Origin: Chiloscyllium plagiosum
Taxonomy: Eukaryota
NCBI RefSeq assembly: GCF_004010195.1
Contig: NC_057750.1
Location: 7,446,530-7,510,529 of the forward strand
Direction: 5' to 3'
Length of the DNA: 64,000 nt
The notes under the pieces were generated by a model. The model made no database searches, was not told the origin of the DNA, and worked only from the letters and a program-made list of their open reading frames with translations. Positions 34,335-48,198 of the stretch are shown here, in pieces (position 1 is the stretch's first letter; the number at the start of each line of letters is the position of its first letter). Both the position numbers and the translations under genes were made by a program.

Positions 34335-35462
34335 TTGATTGAGTTTTTTTGAAGAAGTAACAAAGAAGATTGATGAGGGCAGAGCAGTAGATGTGATCTA
34401 TATGGACTTCAGTAAGGCGTTCAACAAGGTTCCCCATGGGAGACTGATTAGGGAAAACTAGCCATTTGGATACAGAACTGGCTCAAAGGTAGAAGACAGA
34501 GGGTGGTGGTGGAGGGTTGTTTTTCAGACTGGAGGCCTGTGACCAGTGGAGTGCCTCAAGAATCGGTGTTGGGTCCTCTACTTTTTGTCATTTACATAAA
34601 TGATTTGGATGCGAGCATAAGAGGTACAGTTAGTAAGTTTGTAGATGACACCAAAATTGGAGGTATAGTGGACAGCGAAGAGGGTTACCTCAGATTACAA
34701 CAGGATCTGGACCAGATGGGCCAGTGGGCTGAGGAGTGGCAGATGGAGTTTAATTCAGATAAATGCGAGGTGCTGCATTTTGGGAAAGCAAATCTTAGCA
34801 GGACTTATACACTTAATGGTAAGGTCCTAGGGAGTGTTGCTGAACAAAGAGGCCTTGTAGTGCAGGTTCATAGCTCCTTGAAAGTGGAGTCGCAGGTAGA
34901 TTGGATAGTAAAGAAGGTGTTTGATATGCTTTCCTTTATTGGTCAGAGTATTTAGTACAGGAGTTGAGAGGTCATATTACTGCTGTACAGGCCATTGGTT
35001 AGGCCACTTTTGGAATATTGCGTGCAATTCTGGTCTCCTTCCTATCAAGAGGATGTTGTGAAACTTGAAAATGTTCAGAAAAGATTTACAAGGATGTTGC
35101 CAGGGTTGGAGGATTNNNNNNNNNNNNNNNNNNNNNNNNNNNNNNNNNNNNNNNNNNGGGTCGGGGAGTCCAGAACTAGAGGGCATAGGTGTAGGGTGAG
35201 AGGGGAAAGATATAAAAGAGACCTAAGGGGCAACTTTTTCATGCAGAGGGTGGTACGTGTATGGAATGAGCTGCCAGAGGAAGTGGGGAAGGCTGGTACA
35301 ATTACAGCACTTAAAAGGCATCTGGATGGGTATAGGAATAGGAAGGGTTTGGAGGGATATGAGCTGGGTGCTGGCAAATGGGACGAGATTAGGTTAGGAT
35401 ATCTGGTCAGCATGGACGAGTTGGACCGAACGGTCTGTTTCCGTGCTGTAGATTTCTAAGTC
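34335..35462 (+). mobile_element. HER1/CR1 LINE reverse transcriptase region to 3' end
   Basis: 'VIYMDFSKAF...SGVPQESVLGPLLFVIYINDL...SKFVDDTKIGG' RT motifs. Confidence 0.92.
35116..35157. other. Assembly gap
   Basis: N run. Confidence 1.
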
Positions 35463-35999
35463 TCTAATTCTTGTGCCCTCATCTCAACACCAGACATGGT
35501 CAGGTGTGAGTTCCACTTCCAGGCTGTGGATCTGCGATTCGCTGCCTTGAATAGACAGGCTTTCTGAACAATTTTCTACTCACACAGACCTCAGGACCTC
35601 ACAGCCAATTAAGACAGTTTGGAACCTCTGCTGTAATTTCGGAGATGCAGCAGTCAATTTGTGCAAATCAAACACCTATAATTACCAAGGAGGTAATGAC
35701 CAGTTCACCAGCTTCAGAAGGTTTGGTCAAGGGATAATTGTCATTATCCTAGAGAGTGAGAAGTCTACACCAACCCTCCAAAGAACACCCCACCTAGAAC
35801 CATCCCACTACCATATCCCCGTGACCCTGCGTTTCCTGTAACTGAGCCAACCAGCCTACCTGCACACCTTTGGACTGTGGAAGGAAATCAGAGCACCCGG
35901 AGGAAATGCACACCGACACGGGGAGAATGTGTAAATTCCATGCAGGTACTGTCACCTGAGATTGGAATCAAACCTGGGTCTCTGGCGCTATGAGGCAGC

Positions 36000-36725
36000 G
36001 GTGAGCATGAGAGGTATAGTTGGTAAGTTTGCAGATGACACCAAAATTGGAGGAGGAGTGGACAGCGAAGATGGTTACCTCAGATAACAACGGGATCTTG
36101 ATCAGATGGGCCAATGGGCTGAGAAGTGGCAGATGGAGTTTAATTCAGATAAATGTGAAGTGCTGCATTTTGGGAAAGCAAATCTTAGCAGGAATTATAC
36201 ACTTAATGGTAAGGTCCTAGGGAGTGTTGCTCCTTCCTATCGGAAAGATGTTGTGAAACTTGAAAGGGTTCAGAAAAGATTTACAAGGATGTTGAGCTGT
36301 AGGGAAAGGCTGAACAGGCTGGGACTGTTTTCCCTGGAGCATCAGAGGCTGAGGGGGGCCTTATAGAGGTTTATAAAATCATGAGGGGCATGGATAGGAT
36401 AAATAGACAAGTTCTTTTCCCTGGGGTGGGAGAGTCTAGAACTAGAGGTTTAGGGTGAGAGGGTAAAGATATAAAAGAGATCCAAGGGGCAACTTTTTCC
36501 CACAGAGGGTGGTACATGTATGGAATGAGCTGCCAGAGGAAGTGGTGGAGGCCGGTACAATTGCAACATTCAAAAGGCATCCGGATGAGTATATGAACAG
36601 GAAGGGTTTGGAGGGATATGGGCCAAGTGCTGACATGTGGGACTAGATTGGGTTGGATAAGTGGTCGACATGGACGGGTTGGACCAAAGGGTCTGTTTCC
36701 GTGCTGTACATCTCTATGACTCTAT
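36000..36725 (+). mobile_element. HER1/CR1 fragment with internal deletions
   Basis: KFADDTKIGG motif through the 3' tail. Confidence 0.88.
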
Positions 36726-37897
36726 GCTAACCACTATGTCCCCCAAGAAAGTACTCTTTCCCTATTGCTGTTCAAATCACAGTAAAGGGATCAGACCCAC
36801 TGCTGGAAATCTCCAAGATGACACATTCAGTGTCGTACTGAGGGTGTATTAATGCCATCTTTCACGCCAAACAGACACTGTGTCTATAAATGACTGCTAT
36901 TTGAAGACTAATAGGAACTCCGCAGAGATACTTTCACGTCAACCCGTTCAGAAATGTTATCACACTCCACCCTACAGCAGGCAGTATTTGAACCCAGCTC
37001 TCCTGCCTCAGAGGTAGGGACGTTACCGGCTATGCAGGAAGCCCACACCTTGACCCTGCCAATACTGATGGACATCAGAGTAATTCTGACACACTCCTGT
37101 AAAGATCCCGGGGCCTCCCTTTATGCACTAACAGTATCCCAGAGACTGGTAATCCAGCAGCTCAGGTTAATTCTCCAAGGACACAGGTTCAAATCCCGCC
37201 ACAGGCAGGAATTTAAATTCAATGGACAAAATCTAGAATTTGAAGCAAGTCTGTTCGTTAAGGGAAGGAAATCTGCCATCGTTACCATGGTGATCTGATC
37301 ACGGTCACCCAGATATTAAGAGGAGAAGACAGGGTAGATAAACTATTACCACCAGTTGGGGATTCTGGAACTAGGAGCATGGTCTGAGAATTAGGGCCAG
37401 ACCGTTCAGCAGAGATGTTAGGAAGCACTTTGACACACAAAGGTGGGAGAGGTCTGAAACTCTCTTCCACAAGTGACAGTGGAATCAGTTGTTAATTTTA
37501 AATTTTTGAATTAGATTTTATTGTCACATGCTCTTAAGTATAGGGATGCACGATTACACAGTGAGAAGTGTACACCATTCTCCACCGTCACCGTCTGGTT
37601 ACAAAGCCAGAATTTATTTTTTAAAAACTAATAGAAACTGAGGCAAAAGAAAAGAAAAGTGCCCGGATCTAGGAGAAGGAAAAACGTATAGATCTTAAAA
37701 GTCCCATTTCAATAAAGGTGTACGAATGCTCGATGTCCAAGACAGCCACTCGGGCCTAGCTGAGGCCAGGAGTCTCTTGCTGAGACTACTGCCTCAGATC
37801 ACCAGGAGGAGCTTTGCTCCCACCTCCTTTATCTTAAGCAAAGGTATTAAGGGATACGGACCGAAGATGTATGGGGTTAGGCCACAGACCAGCCATT

Positions 37898-38230
37898 TAG
37901 AATTGGAATCCCTACAGTGTAGAAACAGGCCCTTTGGCCCAACAAGTCCACACCGACCCTCCGAAGAGTATCCCACCCAGACCCATTCCCCTGCCCTATT
38001 ACTCTACATTTCCCCTAACTAATGCACTGAGCCTACATATCCCTGAACACTACGGGCAATTTAACATGGGCAATTCATCCCTAACCTGCATGTCTTTGAA
38101 TTGTGGGAGGAAACCCATGCAGACACGGGGAGAGCATGCAAACTCCACACAGACAGTCGCCCGAGGCTGGAATCGAACCCGGGTCCTTGACATTGTGAGG
38201 CAGCAGTGCTAACCACTGAGCCACCGTGCC
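37898..38230 (-). mobile_element. HE1 V-SINE
   Basis: Reverse-complement SINE. Confidence 0.85.
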
Positions 38231-38711
38231 ATGGACTAAGTGAATGGCAGAACAGGCTCGAGGGACTGAATGGCCTACTCCTGTTCTGTTGCCCAAGCTG
38301 CACATGACTCCAACCCCATAGCGATATGCTGCATTCTTGACTGCCCACTAAAATGGCCAGGCAAAGCCACTCAATCCATGGGCACTTAGGGATGGGCAAC
38401 CAATCCTGACCTTACTGGCAATGCTCATGTCCAATAGAAGAATGACCCAAAAAAGACAGCAAGACTGGTTTACTGACTCAGTCAAGAGCTTTGAGGATAG
38501 TGGATCATTTCAGAGCAACGTCTACGAGCTTAAAAAGTATCAATGTCCCTGCAGTAAAGTGGGAGTTCAACATGAGGGATTAACTCATGTGGGTCACACT
38601 CTTACCCCCAAGGCAGAAGGTTGTGGGTTCAAATCCCAATTCCAGAGACTTAGAGCTGTACCACACAGAAACATATCCTTCGGAACATATCCTTCCATGC
38701 CGACCAGATAT

Positions 38712-39078
38712 TTATTGATGGAGTTCCAGTTTGAATGCCAGGCCTATAGGAATTCCCGTCCTGTCCCAGGATGGGTGCATAGTCCCAGTCAGACTGGTGT
38801 CCCTCTTTGTCTGTGTGTATGGATACCAGTGATAGTTGATCATGTCCAATGGATCTCCATCAACAAACACATCGATTTGGACCCTGTTTACCAAACTCTC
38901 AGAAACAGAACCAGAAGTGGTATCACCCACCACAACAGACCCAGACAGATTACTAGCAAGTGGGACAGAACGCCAGCGCTTCACTGGAGGCTCACTGATG
39001 ATGTTACCTCACTGATGGTAACAAAATGTCTGACAGCAAACCTACCAGCTCAGCGAGCAAACTCACAACCTGACCATT
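38712..39078. mobile_element. Penelope family 3 3' fragment with partial inversion
   Basis: 'SINKHIDLDPVYQ' C-terminus, inverted GIY-YIG piece, decayed hammerhead CTGATGATGTTACC...GGTAACAAAATGTC ~38995-39030. Confidence 0.7.
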
Positions 39079-39910
39079 AACTCTATCTAAACCTCTCATA
39101 ATTTTATAAACTTCTTTCAGATCGCCTCTCAACCTCCTAAGCTCCAGTGAAAAATGTCCCAGCCTATCCAGCAATGTATCAACTCAAGACTGGGCATCCA
39201 TGAGACGCTGTGGGCCATCAGTGGCAGCAGAATTGTACTCCAGCCCATCATGGCTTGGCATATCCCTCACTCAACCATTACCATCAAGCCAGGGGATCAA
39301 CCTTGGTTCAGTGGAGAGTACAGGAGAGCATACCAGGGGCAGCACCAGGCATAGAGTCATTGAGATGCACAGTAGAAACAGATCCTTTGCTCTAACTCAT
39401 CCATGCCAACCATATATCCTAAATATATTCTAAATTAATCCAGCATTTGGCCCATATCCCTCTAAGTCCTTCCTATTCACGTCCCCAACCAGATGTCTTT
39501 TAAATGTTGTAATTGTACCCAGCCTCCACCACTTCTGCTGGCAGCTCATTCTATACAAGTACCACCCTCTGGTGAAAACGTTGCCCCTTAGGTCCCTTCT
39601 AAATCTTACCGCTCTCACTCTAAATATACCTAAAGAAATGAGGTGTTAACCTGGGGAAGCTGCCAAATCCTGCATGCCAGTCACTGTAGGCAGCATTGAT
39701 AGACAGAGCTGAGTGATTCCACAGCCAAAGAATCAGAGCTTAGCTCTGCAGTCCTGCCACATCCAGGCGTGAATGGTGGTGGACAAGTAAACAACTCGCT
39801 TGACAGGAGGAGGATCTGCAAACATCCCCATCCTCAGGGCTGGAAGAGCCCAGCACATCAGTGTAAAGGGTAAGGCATTTACAGCACTCTTCAGTCAGAA
39901 GCCCCGAATG

Positions 39911-40225
39911 ATTAGATTAGATTACTTACAGTGTGGAAACAGGCCCTTCGGCCCAACAAGTCCACACCGCCCCGCCGAAGCGCAACCCACCCATACCCCT
40001 ACATTTACCCCTTTCCTAACACTACGGGCAATTTAGTATGGCCAATTCACCTGACCTGCACATCTTTGTGACTGTGGGAGGAAACCGGAGCACCCGGAGG
40101 AAACCCACGCAGACACGGGGAGAATGTGCAAACTCCACACAGTCAGTCGCCTGAGTCGGGAATTGAACCCGGGTCTCTGGCGCTGTGAGGCAGCAGTGCT
40201 AACCACTGTGCCACCGGGCCGCCCA
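39911..40225 (-). mobile_element. HE1 V-SINE (young)
   Basis: Near-consensus, (GATTA)n tail. Confidence 0.92.
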
Positions 40226-40664
40226 CGGAATGGATGGAGCATTGTCAGCCAATTCGATTCACTCCGCACACTGTCAAGATTTGGAGGTGCCAGTGTTGGA
40301 CTGGGCTGGACAAAGTTAAAAATCACACAACACCAGGTTATAGTCCAACAGGTTTATTTGGAATCACTTTTGGAGTGCTGCTCCTTCATCAGGTAGTTAT
40401 GGAGTATGAGATTTGCTATAAATTCTGTGTCTTATAATCTCAAACTCCACAACCACCTGATGAAGGAGCAGCGCCATCCCCATCACACTCCTTTCCCTCC
40501 TCCTCACCCCCCCTCCCTGCTCACCACCCTCCCTCCCTGATTTACTCCATCCCCCACTCCCCCAATCCTCTCATCCCCCATGACACCCATGTTCCATGTG
40601 TGAAATTTTAAAAAAAACCACAGATTCAGGATGTGAGTAGCAATTCCATTAAGACCAGAGGCCC

Positions 40665-41255
40665 AACACCTGGGAGTGAGCTACACGCTGGAATCTAACC
40701 AAGGGGTTCAGGGTGATTTGTATATTGAATACAGATACCCAGGAATGAGTCACAGATTGGAATTTAATCAAGGGGTTGCGGGGTTTATGTTTGGAATAAC
40801 AGATATCTGGGAGTGAGTTACAAACTGGATTCTAATTGAGGGGCTCGGGGATTTATATTTAGAATATCAGATACCCAGGATTGAGTTTAGACTGGAATCT
40901 AATCAAGGGATTCAGGATGGTTTATATATAGAATAATAGATACCCAGGACTGAGTTACAGACTGGAATCTAAATGAGGGGTTTGGGATGGTTTGTATATA
41001 GAATAACATATACCCAGGAGTGAGTTACAGACTGGATTCTAATCGAAGGTTCGGGGATTTATATTTAGAATATCAGATTATAGGGAGTAAGTTATCGACT
41101 GGAATCTAGTTAAGGGGTTCAGAATGGTTCATAAATAGAATAACAGATACCCAGGAGTGAGTTACAGACTGGAATCTAATCAAGGGGTCTAGGGGATTTA
41201 TATATAAGGTAACATATATCTGGGAGTGAATTAATGGAATGTAATCAAGGGGAGT
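40665..41255. repeat. Tandem array, 67-70 bp unit, ~9 copies
   Basis: Consensus GAGTGAGTTACAGACTGGAATCTAATCAAGGGGTTCAGGGTGGTTTATATATAGAATAACAGATACCCAG; unit starts 40674, 40743, 40811, 40879, 40948, 41018, 41085, 41155, 41224. Confidence 0.92.
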
Positions 41256-42239
41256 GAGTTTTGATGTTGGAAGTTTGTATCGAGCATAGCAAACTGTTAA
41301 ATCTGATTAGGGGGGGATTGACAAGACTAAAGGACTAGTGACAAGGTAGAAACTATCTCCCTTCCCTCCAAGGGTAGGGAGTGAGATGCAAGAAGTCAGC
41401 AGTGATTCTTGCTCATCTCCAGCACCCAGGAGTTGGAAAGATCCCCCTGGACCGGGGAGAGGTGGTAGCAGTTGATCACTGTGGTACTGGATTCAACTGT
41501 GATGCCTCCCATAGAGGAAAAGCTTTATAACACACAATGCCCAGGGACCTGTGACAAAGAAGGGGTATGTGGAGGTATTTGAGTCTTGGAACCTGGCGAG
41601 GAAGATGTGCGGATTTTAAAAGGTGCTTGTCTGTTGCATGTGCTGTTCATTCCCAGATATAACTGATCAGTCAGCAATTCCTTCACAGTCCTCCAAGTTC
41701 CAGTGTACAAGATTCAGAGTTGACCTTGATACTAATACCATGTATTCAATATTCAACAACAACACCAGAAACTTGCCTTTATATGACACCTTTCATGGTC
41801 TTGGAATGTCCCAAAGCCGTTCTCAGCCAATGAAGTGCTTTTCATGTTCAGTCACTACTGTAAAGTATGAATCACAACAAAAGCTCCTCAAAGCCTGTCC
41901 CACCATCTACAAGGCATAAGTCAGGAGTGTGATGGAATACTCCCCACTTGCCCCGGATGGGGGCAGCTCCAACAACACTCAAGAAGCTCAACACCATCCA
42001 GGACAAAGCAGCCGCTTGATTGGCACCACATCCACAAGCATCCACTCCCTCCACCCTGACGCTCACTCGCAGCAGTGTGTACCATCGACATTGCAGCAAC
42101 TCCTCAAGTGTTCTTTCACAACACCATGACAAATTTGCAACCTCTTCTCCCTGGAAGGATAAGGACACCAGACACATGGGACACAACAGCCTGTAGGTCC
42201 CCCAGATTCACTCACCATCTCAACTTAAAGTCGCCAAGT

Positions 42240-42890
42240 TGTACAGCACAGAAACAGAACCTTAGCTCCAACTTGTCCATACTGACCAAATACCCGAAAA
42301 TAATCTAGTCCCATCTGCCAGCACCCGGTCCATCTCCCTCTAAACCCTTCCTATTCATATACCCATCCAGATGCCTTTTAAATGCTGTAATTGTACCAGC
42401 CTCCACCACTTCCTCTGGCAGCTCATTCCGTACATGCACCACCCTCTGCGTGAAAAAGTTGCCCCTTAGAACCCTTTTAAATTTTTCCCCACTCACCTTA
42501 AACCTCTACCCTCTAGTTTTGAACTCCCCCTACCCTGGGGAATAAATCCATGCCCCTCATGATTTTAATGAACCTTTAAAGGTCACCCCCCAGCCTCCGA
42601 CGCTCCAGGGAAAACAGCCCCAGCCTGTTCAGCCACTCCCTATAGCTCAAACCGTCCAATCCTGGCAACATTTTTTTCAGTTTCACAACATCCTTCCGGT
42701 AGGAAGGAGACCAGAATTGCATGCAATATCCCAACAGTGGCCTAACCAATGTCCTGTACAGCTGCAACATGACCTCCCAACACCTGTACTCAGTGCATGG
42801 ACCAATAAAGGAAAGCATACCAAACACCTTCACTATCCTATCTACCTGCGACTCCATTTCAAGGAACTATGAACCTGCACTCCAAGGTCA
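42240..42890 (-). mobile_element. HER1/CR1 3' fragment
   Basis: 'LYRTLVRPLLGYCMQFWSPSYRKD...RLGLFSLERRRL'. Confidence 0.85.
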
Positions 42891-43199
42891 CTTTGTTGGC
42901 AACTATTAGTGAATACATCAAATATAAGAGTAAGGAGGTTATGATGGAGCTGTATATAATGTTAGTTAGGCCACAGTTGGGCCACTGTGTACAGTTCTGT
43001 TCTCCACCTTATAGGAGGGATGTGATTGGTTGATGATTGGTGTGGACGTGAAGGGCCAAAGGGCCTCTTTCTGAGATGTAAAACTCTATGACAGAGTAGC
43101 AATAAAAATCAGCATTTTCCAGCCCTGCACCACTGGACTTGAAATGTTAACTCCTTTTCACTCACTCCATAGGTGCTGCCAGAGGAGCTGAGTCTCTCT

Positions 43200-43699
43200 N
43201 NNNNNNNNNNNNNNNNNNNNNNNNNNNNNNNNNNNNNNNNNNNNNNNNNNNNNNNNNNNNNNNNNNNNNNNNNNNNNNNNNNNNNNNNNNNNNNNNNNNN
43301 NNNNNNNNNNNNNNNNNNNNNNNNNNNNNNNNNNNNNNNNNNNNNNNNNNNNNNNNNNNNNNNNNNNNNNNNNNNNNNNNNNNNNNNNNNNNNNNNNNNN
43401 NNNNNNNNNNNNNNNNNNNNNNNNNNNNNNNNNNNNNNNNNNNNNNNNNNNNNNNNNNNNNNNNNNNNNNNNNNNNNNNNNNNNNNNNNNNNNNNNNNNN
43501 NNNNNNNNNNNNNNNNNNNNNNNNNNNNNNNNNNNNNNNNNNNNNNNNNNNNNNNNNNNNNNNNNNNNNNNNNNNNNNNNNNNNNNNNNNNNNNNNNNNN
43601 NNNNNNNNNNNNNNNNNNNNNNNNNNNNNNNNNNNNNNNNNNNNNNNNNNNNNNNNNNNNNNNNNNNNNNNNNNNNNNNNNNNNNNNNNNNNNNNNNNN
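43200..43699. other. Assembly gap (500 N)
   Basis: N run. Confidence 1.
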
Positions 43700-44384
43700 T
43701 GTTTGGAGGGAAATGGGCCAAATGCAGACAGATGGGATTAGATTAGTTTGGGAAACTTGGTTGGCATGGACGGGTTGGGCAGAAGGGTCTGTTTCTGTGC
43801 TGTATGACTCTATCTCATCTGAGGTGTCTTTAATCTTAAAAATCACACAACACGAGGTTATAGTCCAACAGGTTTATTTGGAAGCACTAGCTTTCGAGGT
43901 GCTGTTCCTTCATCAGGTGGTGAAGAGGCAAAGCTCCGAAAGCTAGTGCTTCCAAATAAACCTGTTGGACTATAACCTGGTGTTGTGTGATTTCTAACTT
44001 TGTACACCCAGTCCAACACTGGCACCTCCATATCATGTCTTTAATCTTGATAGAGCAGCACTCCCTCCGTACTGCATTGGAGTATCAGTGGAGATTTTTG
44101 TGCTCAGGCCCTGGAATGAGACTCGACCCTAAACTGTGTGGTTCAGAGGCAGTTGTATGCCTACTGTACCATGACTGGCAGCCAGAACACTGTCTCCTTG
44201 ACCCCTCAGGAATCGGGCTAGTAAATGTGGAGCAGGGTGAGTGCTTCGGCAAGGTGGGAAGTAATGATCAAACATGGTAGAAGGAAGGTTCTGGAATTGG
44301 TTATTGCTGCAATCGTGTGCCAGTTACCCACCTTACAGCTCCAAGTGTGGTCTGTGCACCCTAACCTCTGCTGTGGTTTGGAGT

Positions 44385-44945
44385 CTTGGAGTCACGGGAA
44401 CAGACCCTTCGGCCCAACCTTTCCATGCCAACCACGTTTCCCAAACCAAACTAGTCCCATTTGCCTGCATTTGGCCCATATCCCTCTAAACTTTTCCCTT
44501 CCACATACCTGTCCAAACTGTCTTTTAAAACGTTGCACCTGCATCTACCACTTCCTCTGGAAGTTCATCCCACCCTCCGCGTGAAAACGGGTCCTCCCTC
44601 TCCCCCCCCCCCCCACCCCCCCAAATCTTTCTCCTCTCACCTTAGAAACATGCCCCCTAATTTTGAACTGCCCCTACATTAGGGAAAAGACCTTGGCTAT
44701 TCATCTCATCTGTGCCCCTCCTTTTACAAACCTCAATAAGATCATCCCTCAACCTCCTACACTCCAGGGAAACCAGCTCCAGCCTCTCCTCATAAGTCAA
44801 ACCCTCCATTCCCAGCAACATCCTGGAAAATCTTTTCTGAACCCTCTCCAGCTTAATAATATCCTTCCTATAATAGGGTGACCAGAACTGGACACAGCCT
44901 CCAGACGTGGTTTCACCAATGGCTTGTACAACCTCAACATCACGT
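44385..44945 (-). mobile_element. HER1/CR1 3' fragment
   Basis: CR1 tail and RT C-terminal motifs. Confidence 0.75.
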
Positions 44946-45048
44946 CAGTATGATTTGTCCTGTGGAACTATAAGCATAGTTTTCTCTCCACCATTCTCCA
45001 TCCCTAGTTTCGTGTCAGTAGTTTCATCATGTCTTGACTCTTTTTTGG

Positions 45049-45363
45049 ATTAGATTAGATTCCCTACAGTGTGGAAACAGGCCCTTCGGCCCAACCAGTC
45101 CACACCGACCCTCTGAATAGTAACCCACCCAGACCCATTTCCCTTTGGCTATTGCACCTAACACTATGGGCAATTTAGCATGGCCAATTCACCTGACCTG
45201 CACATCTTTAGACTTGGGAGAAAACCGGAGCACCCGGAGGAAACCCACGCAGACACAGGGAGAATGTGCAAACTCCACACAGACAGTCACCCGAGGCTGG
45301 GATCGAACCTGGGACCCTGGTGCTGTGAGGCTGCAATGCTAACCACTGAGCCACCGTGCCACC
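45049..45363 (-). mobile_element. HE1 V-SINE
   Basis: Near-consensus. Confidence 0.9.
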
Positions 45364-45464
45364 CTACAGTTCCCCAGAACCTGATTTTAGTTGGAGTACA
45401 GTTCCTCAGGCATTGAATCCCATGTGGTACAGTTCTCTGGACCCCATCTCCCTTTTAACATCTG

Positions 45465-45975
45465 CCCTACTTCCTCAGGAAGCTGAGGAAATTCAGCATG
45501 TCCACAAAGACTCTTTACCAGTTTTTACAGGTGCACCATAGAAAGCATGGACTGCATCTCAGCTTGGTACGGCAACTGCTCTGCGCTGTAAGAAACTCCA
45601 GAGAGACGTGAACACAGCCCAGTCCATCACCTCCCATCCACTTACTCCATCTACACTTCCCACTGCCTCGGGAAAGCAGCCAACATCATCAGAGACCTCT
45701 CCCACCCCGGTTATACTCCCTTCCATCGGGCAGAAGATACAGAAGTTAAATACATGTACTACCAGATTCAAGAACAGCTTCTTCCCTGCTGTTGGCAGAC
45801 TTCTGAATGGACCTTTCAAGTTTTAAATTGCAGTGTTGACCTCTCGCTTTGTGCATTGTGACATTGTATTCCTCACTCTGTTCTGTTACCCTGTTGCACT
45901 TTGTATGGTAAGATCTGCACGCAGACCAAAACATTTCACTGTACCTAGGTACACATGAAAATAATAAATCAAATG
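45465..45975 (+). mobile_element. Rex1/Babar LINE 3' fragment
   Basis: 'LRKLRKFSMSTKTL..FYRCTIES', 'TTRFKNSFFPAV.RLLN', tail AATAAATCAAAT. Confidence 0.8.
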
Positions 45976-46972
45976 AAAAATATTGTTGGCTGTGTTCCGT
46001 CTGGGTGGGAGAAAGTAAGGTGCAGGTTTAAGCTCAGGTGGCCAGACTTCCATGCTGTACATCTCTATGACTGTATGACTTTGAGCTCATAGCGTTAGTA
46101 CGCACATCCCTTCTATGCTCCTCCTCCCATCCTCTCCCACTCGATCAGCGCCCCACCCTCCACCGTCACCATGTTACTCCCTGCACCATTAGTCCTCAGC
46201 AGACACAGAGTGAACCATCCTCACAATGTGCTGCAGTAATTCATCAAAGCTCCTTTGACAGCACCTTCCATACAGCACAGAAGCAAACCCTTCTGTCCAA
46301 CCAGTCCACGCTGAACATAACCCCAAACTAAACTAGTCCCGCCTGCTTGCTCTTGGCTCTTATCCCTCCAAACCTTTCCCATTCATGTACTTATCCAAGT
46401 CTCTTTTAAATGTTGTAATTGCACCCCCATCCACCACCTCCTCAGGAAGTTCATTCCACGTGCAGACTACTCTCTGTGTGAAATAAGAATGGTCTTTTTA
46501 AAATTTCTCTCCTCTCACCTTAAAAATGTGGCAGGAGACAGTGAGGACTGCAGGTGCTGGAGATCAGAGTGGAGAGTGTGTTGCTGGAAAAGCGCAGCAG
46601 GTCAGGCAGCATCTGAGGAGCAGGAAAGTCGATGTTTCGGGCAGGAACCCTTCATCAGAAATGAATAAAAATGTGCCCCCTAGTCTTGAGATCCCCCATC
46701 CCAGGGAAGAGGCAACTACCATTAACCATTTCTATACCTCGTATGATTTTATAGGCCTCTATAAGGTCACCTCTCAACCTTCTATGCTCCAATGGAGAAA
46801 AGCCCCAGCCTATCCAGCCTTTCTTTATAACTCAAACCATCCATACCTGGCAACATCCTGGTAAATCTCTGCCGAACCCTCTCCAGCTTAATAATAGCCT
46901 TCCTATAACAGGGTGACCAGAAATGGACACAGTACTCCAGAGTGGTGAGGTCCTGCTGTAATTGTACACCGT

Positions 46973-47290
46973 GGGCGGCACGGTGGCACAGTGGTTAGCA
47001 CTGCTGCCTCACAGCGCCAGAGACCCAGGTTCAATTCCCGCCTCAGACCACTGACTGTGTGGAGTTTGCACATTCTCCCCGTGTCTGCGTGGATTTCCTC
47101 CGGGTGCTCCAGTTTCCTCCCACAGTCCAAAGATGTGCAGGTCAGGTGAATTGGCCATGCTAAATTGCCCATAGTGTTAGGTAAGGGGTAAATGTAGGGG
47201 TATGGGTGGGTTGCGCTTCGGCGGGTCGGTGTGGACTTGTTGAGCCGAAGGGCCTGTTTCCACACTGTAATGTAATCTAATCTAATCTTA
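46973..47290 (+). mobile_element. HE1 V-SINE (young)
   Basis: Near-consensus with (TCTAA)n tail. Confidence 0.92.
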
Positions 47291-48198
47291 GTTAGACTAC
47301 ACCTCGTTTGAACCAGAGGATTGTTCTGTGAAGGGGAATAAGGAAAACTGGGCCTGTACTCTCTAGAATTTAGAAGAATGAGAGATAACTTTATTAAAAG
47401 CTATAAAATATGTCAAAGGGTGGACAGGGTTGGTTTACGTAAGATATTTCCCCAGTCAGGAAATCCAGAACCAACGACACACTTTGGGGGGGGAGGGGAG
47501 ATGAATCTTTGGAATTCTCTCCCCCAGGGAGCTGTGGAAGCTCAGCGTTTGAGTATGTGTAAGGTAGAGATTGATGGTGTGTTGATTATCAATGTGTAAA
47601 TGATGGTGTGTTGATTATCGATGTGTAAATGTTTGAGGGAAAAGTTTTGGTGAAAATCATCAAAGTGTTCCGTCAGCCGTGATTGTATTAGATGGTGGAA
47701 CTTGGAATAACTCCACAGAGGCCGGTCTCCCGTCACTGTTTGTTTACACGTGGAGAATCCCTGACACTGATCCAGCTCCCTCAGAGCCAGCTCTCAGAGT
47801 GAGCAGAACCTCTGACACTCCTGTTTGTATCTGTCAGCTGTTAGCATGGTCCAGTCAGGGTCCACCTGGCTGATCAAATTGATGGGCTGAATGGCTTACT
47901 TGAGTTGCCGACGGCCTGCACTGTAAGCAGACAAAAAAAACCTAACTTGCTCATTTGCCGTACGGAACATGATTGAGGTTCAAACTCGAATTGTGGGAGC
48001 AGAAATTGCAAGATCTGTCCTGGTTTGTAGCGGGTGGAAATGTTTACAGTGGTCCTGACAGATACCTGTGGTCAAACAGCCCAGTCAATGGCTTAGCTTG
48101 GACACACTGAGCAAGAGGGACTCTGGCAGGTTATGATAACTGAACGTTTTCGCTCTGACACTGACTAGCACTGAGGAGAATTCATTTAGTTTGTATAT

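Noticed and set aside
38421-39080. 219-aa ORF
   Set aside because: Chimera of SINE, HER1 tail and rearranged Penelope fragments
40665-41255. CRISPR-like appearance of the 69-bp array (also the 24-bp array at 25961)
   Set aside because: Whole units repeat with no unique spacers, no cas genes, vertebrate context
43109-43946. Long ORFs spanning N runs (also 34977-35459, 56929-57480)
   Set aside because: Artefacts of translating through assembly gaps
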